Origin: an uncultured virus (IMG/VR IMGVR_UViG_3300032247_001667) | Lineage: Duplodnaviria; Heunggongvirae; Uroviricota; Caudoviricetes | IMG/VR virus record: IMGVR_UViG_3300032247_001667 | Strand: one strand, 5' to 3' | Length of the DNA stretch: 20,000 nucleotides | Shown here: piece after piece, positions 17,019-20,000 of the stretch | Numbering within the stretch: position 1 is the stretch's first letter | How the letters are laid out: every line of letters begins with the position of its first letter | Translations under genes and position numbers: made by a program | The notes under the pieces: model-generated | Seen by the model: only the letters and a program-made list of their open reading frames with translations | Databases searched by the model: none | Told to the model about the DNA's origin: nothing

Positions 17019-17459
17019 TTATTTTGTTTCCTCTACGTAGAATACATAGTAAACAGTATCAAAGTAATTTCTTACAACGTCACTACTCATAATATTATAT
17101 GACTTACCTTGAGAAGTTATCTTAATTGTTACATCAGTTATAATATAATCTCGTGCATCTTTTTTTACTTGAATTGAGACTGGTTGGTTTGTAAATTTTG
17201 ATTTTAATTCTGGAATAGACTCTAGTATTTGAGGATTTTCATATTTAACAACAGCATCAAAACTAGCGCTTCGTGGAGTATATGTTACTTCTTGAGGATT
17301 AGAGTTTTCTTCGTATCCAAAATATGGAGAATTTGTAGTTGATACAGTTTTAGTTGGCTCTTTAATAACTGTTATTGTAGTTTTAAATGTCTCAAACCAA
17401 GCGTCAGCTGAATCTTGAAACCATGTTTTATCTGTATTTGAAACAAAACTAGATGCCAT
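17019..17459 (-). CDS. Putative head closure (stopper) protein
   Basis: 146-aa beta-rich ORF ending KITSQGKSYNI..YYVFYVEETK, reminiscent of SPP1 gp16-like proteins; synteny. Confidence 0.5.
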   Translation of the reverse strand: MASSFVSNTDKTWFQDSADAWFETFKTTITVIKEPTKTVSTTNSPYFGYEENSNPQEVTYTPRSASFDAVVKYENPQILESIPELKSKFTNQPVSIQVKKDARDYIITDVTIKITSQGKSYNIMSSDVVRNYFDTVYYVFYVEETK

Positions 17460-17462
17460 ATA

Positions 17463-17984
17463 TTAAAGATTTTCTAAGTTTCTAATGTAAGAGTTATAAT
17501 TATAAGGTCTGTTGCCTTCTTCGTAAGTATCGTCTCCAGCAACTTGAAGAGGTCTAGCTTCATTAAGATTATAGTTCTTAGTAAGAATTTGTAATTCATC
17601 AGCAATTTGTTTTCTTAATTGAGCATAAGTTTTTGCTAGTTCATTCTTGTTAATTTTGCGAGCCATAAAACCATTTTGACTGATTTCTAATGTGCTGTCT
17701 GTGCTAGCTGCACCAAGAGCATTTCTAAAAAGTCTTTCATAATAGTGCATTACATAAAGCATTTTAAAAACACTTTTTTCGATATCGCCAAAAACATCAC
17801 CACTATCTACTGGGATCGCTACTTCTTGAGTATCATCATCTATATAATATTTTTTATTAATAAGAAGATTAAGATCGCCAATATTAGTGCGAAGCCAGAA
17901 GGCTACGCCAGCAATATTAATATCAGTTGGTTCGTTTAATTCACGAATAATTTCGTCTGCAATATCTACGATTTTATAGGTCAT
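17463..17984 (-). CDS. Putative head-tail adaptor protein
   Basis: 173-aa helical ORF with a short C-terminal beta hairpin (LEISQNGFMARK), first of the neck cluster; synteny. Confidence 0.45.
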   Translation of the reverse strand: MTYKIVDIADEIIRELNEPTDINIAGVAFWLRTNIGDLNLLINKKYYIDDDTQEVAIPVDSGDVFGDIEKSVFKMLYVMHYYERLFRNALGAASTDSTLEISQNGFMARKINKNELAKTYAQLRKQIADELQILTKNYNLNEARPLQVAGDDTYEEGNRPYNYNSYIRNLENL

Positions 17985-17990
17985 AATAGA

Positions 17991-17999
17991 TATTACACT
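17991..17999 (-). promoter_or_regulatory. Putative late promoter motif AGTGTAATA
   Basis: + strand tattacact, 6 nt upstream of the ATG at 17984. Confidence 0.6.
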
Positions 18000-18015
18000 A
18001 TATAATATATATTAT

Positions 18016-18552
18016 TTATATTAAAATTTCTTTACCTTCTGAACTTATAGTATTCCAAAGCTCAATATCTTTTGAGTATTTTTCTGATATTATGGCTTTC
18101 TGCTCATCAGTTAGCTCAATTAGATGGTCTGTTGAATTGAGTTTTTCAAAGTTTTCAAGTCCCATATCTTTTGCACAATTATTGATACCACCATCTTCAA
18201 ACCTATATGCATTTACATTTAGTCCACAAAGAACCTCGTATGCACTTATTGTATGAACATCCCATCCGTTTTTAATGAAGTAGTTGAAGTCTTTATCTTT
18301 ATGATTTATTGCGCTTTGGAATCTTTCAAATGGATGCCTGATTACAGCATATATATTGTAATCTGGATATTTTATACTCAATTCTTGTTTCATTCCCTGC
18401 TCGCATAATGAATGTACAGTTCTATTAAAGGTATCTGGAATAAATGTATTATATTTTTCTTCACCAATAATAGCTTTTACAAAAGAAGTTGATCCACTTC
18501 TTCCAAGAAATGCGACTGCGCTTTTTGTTTTATTATATATAAAGAATCTCAT
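18016..18552 (-). CDS. Sulfotransferase family (Sulfotransfer_2-like) protein
   Basis: 5'-PSB-like loop AFLGRSGSTSF, 3'-PB-like YAVIRHPFERFQSA, YRFED, and C-terminal LNST..LTDEQKAIISEKYSKDIELW. Confidence 0.75.
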   Translation of the reverse strand: MRFFIYNKTKSAVAFLGRSGSTSFVKAIIGEEKYNTFIPDTFNRTVHSLCEQGMKQELSIKYPDYNIYAVIRHPFERFQSAINHKDKDFNYFIKNGWDVHTISAYEVLCGLNVNAYRFEDGGINNCAKDMGLENFEKLNSTDHLIELTDEQKAIISEKYSKDIELWNTISSEGKEILI

Positions 18553-19169
18553 TAGCTTGGAGTAAATACAACATCAGATGAAGCATACCATCCAACTAGA
18601 TAAATTGGTGGCGTTGATATTGGATTTATTGGATATACAAATGATGCATCATTGAAGTTTTTTCCGTCAAATAATCCAAATCTCCAAGCATCTGCAACAT
18701 AATATAAATTCGAGTTTCCATCTTCTGCTACCCAAAAGTTTGTATCTTGCTTTACAAGCCTTGATCCAACTGCTCCTTGCATTGTTCCTGCCGCAGATGT
18801 CACTGTAAATGCGGTTGTAGAGTTTGGAATTGTTTTTATATTTGCTGATGTATAAAATCTTGATGGTGGCGTAGTCCATCCAGCATCTGGAATTATTGCT
18901 TGGTTAGTTGCTGTATTATTTGAAATATAATTTGATGAATATACTTTAATGTTCCATTTTGATGTATTATAATCAAATGATGCTGATGTATTATTATAGT
19001 TAGTATAATTTGTTGAAGATGATTTGTAATATAATCCATTAAAACCCGCTACCGTAGTATTAGATGAATCATAAATAAACCTTGAAGTTGTTGCTACGAC
19101 TATTCCAGCTGGAGCAGATGTTATTGATGAGCTTACTGTGCCAAAATCAACTGCTGGTAATACTATCAT
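18552..19169 (-). CDS. Ser/Thr/Asn-rich beta protein, probably virion accessory/fibre-associated
   Basis: 205 aa; translationally coupled to both neighbours (ATGA and TAATG overlaps). Confidence 0.55.
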   Translation of the reverse strand: MIVLPAVDFGTVSSSITSAPAGIVVATTSRFIYDSSNTTVAGFNGLYYKSSSTNYTNYNNTSASFDYNTSKWNIKVYSSNYISNNTATNQAIIPDAGWTTPPSRFYTSANIKTIPNSTTAFTVTSAAGTMQGAVGSRLVKQDTNFWVAEDGNSNLYYVADAWRFGLFDGKNFNDASFVYPINPISTPPIYLVGWYASSDVVFTPS

Positions 19170-19999
19170 GACGCTGTATTTCCATACATCATATATCCAT
19201 TATTTCCAGTATGCAATAATGAAGCAGTTGCAAACTGACCTGCTGTTCTGTATTGATTATTATAAGAGCCAATATTAATTCCAATTCCACTTCCTGTTAT
19301 GAATATTTTACCTGCGCCAACTTGAGTTATTGTTGTATTAAATCCAAGAGCATTACCACTAACTATTCTACCTGTAACTTCATTTGCTGAATTTACCATG
19401 ATCATTCTACTATTATAATTTCCAGAGATATTAAAATTAGATGATAGATTAATTATTTGAGGGGTAGCATTAATTAAATTAAAATTATTTAAATCTAAAC
19501 CAGAAGAAGTAAATCTACCTACAACTTTATCAAGAGTTGTTCCTTCTACGTGAAATTCTATGCTTGTGCCACTCGTTTGAGTACCAATGTCTAAGCTTCC
19601 ACCATTAATAAATAAGTAACCATCTAATCCAGTTCCATTACTAAATGTTGGATCATTATATCCAGAGTTATTTATTCCAAGATTGATAAAGTTACTATTG
19701 TCTGTACCATTATTGGCCGTGATAACTAAATCAGCAGTAGCTGTTGTTCCAGTCGCACGGTTTTGAATATTAAGCTGAAGATAACTATTTCCACTACCAA
19801 CTATAGAAAGAGGATTATTTAATAATGTAACCGCTGGTATTGATCCATTTGAAAAAATTCCACTTCCAGTTATATTAATATTTCCTTGTAATATACTATC
19901 TCCATTAACATAAAATCTACTTGGCACAGAAGATATACCACTACCAATACCAAAGTTACCATTTGAATCTAATATAGCTCGATTTATACTGCTTTTAGT
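19166..19999 (-). CDS. Fibre-like structural protein, 5' end outside the window
   Basis: Frame stays open upstream of the GTG at 19927 to the window edge (TKSSINRAILDSNGNFGIGSGISSVPSRFYVNG). The R..LDSNGNFGIG...P..FYVNG pattern is a typical phage fibre repeat. Confidence 0.7.
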   Translation of the reverse strand, partial: TKSSINRAILDSNGNFGIGSGISSVPSRFYVNGDSILQGNINITGSGIFSNGSIPAVTLLNNPLSIVGSGNSYLQLNIQNRATGTTATADLVITANNGTDNSNFINLGINNSGYNDPTFSNGTGLDGYLFINGGSLDIGTQTSGTSIEFHVEGTTLDKVVGRFTSSGLDLNNFNLINATPQIINLSSNFNISGNYNSRMIMVNSANEVTGRIVSGNALGFNTTITQVGAGKIFITGSGIGINIGSYNNQYRTAGQFATASLLHTGNNGYMMYGNTAS

Positions 20000-20000
20000 A

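Noticed and set aside
6485..17939. Short + strand ORFs in the track (6485, 6950, 8117, 9323, 10589, 11882, 12313, 15336, 17745)
   Set aside because: All are antisense shadows of long minus-strand genes with non-protein-like composition. The shared 'AKLGINP' in two of them is just the reverse frame of the GFIPNFA repeat.
18002..18020. AT palindrome ataatatatattat and T4-type TATAAATA
   Set aside because: Pure A/T low complexity overlapping a stop codon; a single instance is expected by chance.
16465..18879. Nested minus-strand ORFs 16465..16659 and 18667..18879
   Set aside because: Out-of-frame, fully inside well-supported genes, with no recognisable motifs.
931..19168. Stop-codon reassignment (no gene ends in TAG)
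   Set aside because: Genes tile the window intact under code 11 with no TAG-interrupted frames; TAG scarcity is expected in low-GC genomes.
19925..19927. GTG start given for the 253-aa ORF
   Set aside because: The frame continues without a stop to the window end with a fibre-repeat motif, so the real start lies outside the window.

Overview
AT-rich, densely packed late/structural region of a tailed dsDNA phage, with all genes on the minus strand. No sheath gene lies between the neck and tube genes, so it is probably a large siphovirus. Transcription order (right to left): fibre-like protein (partial), small beta-rich protein, sulfotransferase-family enzyme, four head-tail joining/neck/terminator genes, tail tube protein, two small hypotheticals, two tail-assembly-chaperone-like paralogues, a 1950-aa TP901-type tape measure protein (TMP), two paralogous tail-tip proteins, a LamG-like/Thr-Gly-rich protein and a baseplate-hub-like protein (partial). 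The most notable signal is in the TMP, which has four basic-G-F-I-P-N-F-(A/S) motifs (three identical over 21 bp of DNA). They partition non-helical cassettes, one with PD-(D/E)xK nuclease-like motifs, suggesting a cargo-carrying or processed TMP. Other signals are a recurring intergenic AGTGTAATA putative late promoter, an internally duplicated tube protein, and an EF-hand plus Cys-cluster insertion in the hub. All functional calls come from motif reading and synteny; no database searches were run.
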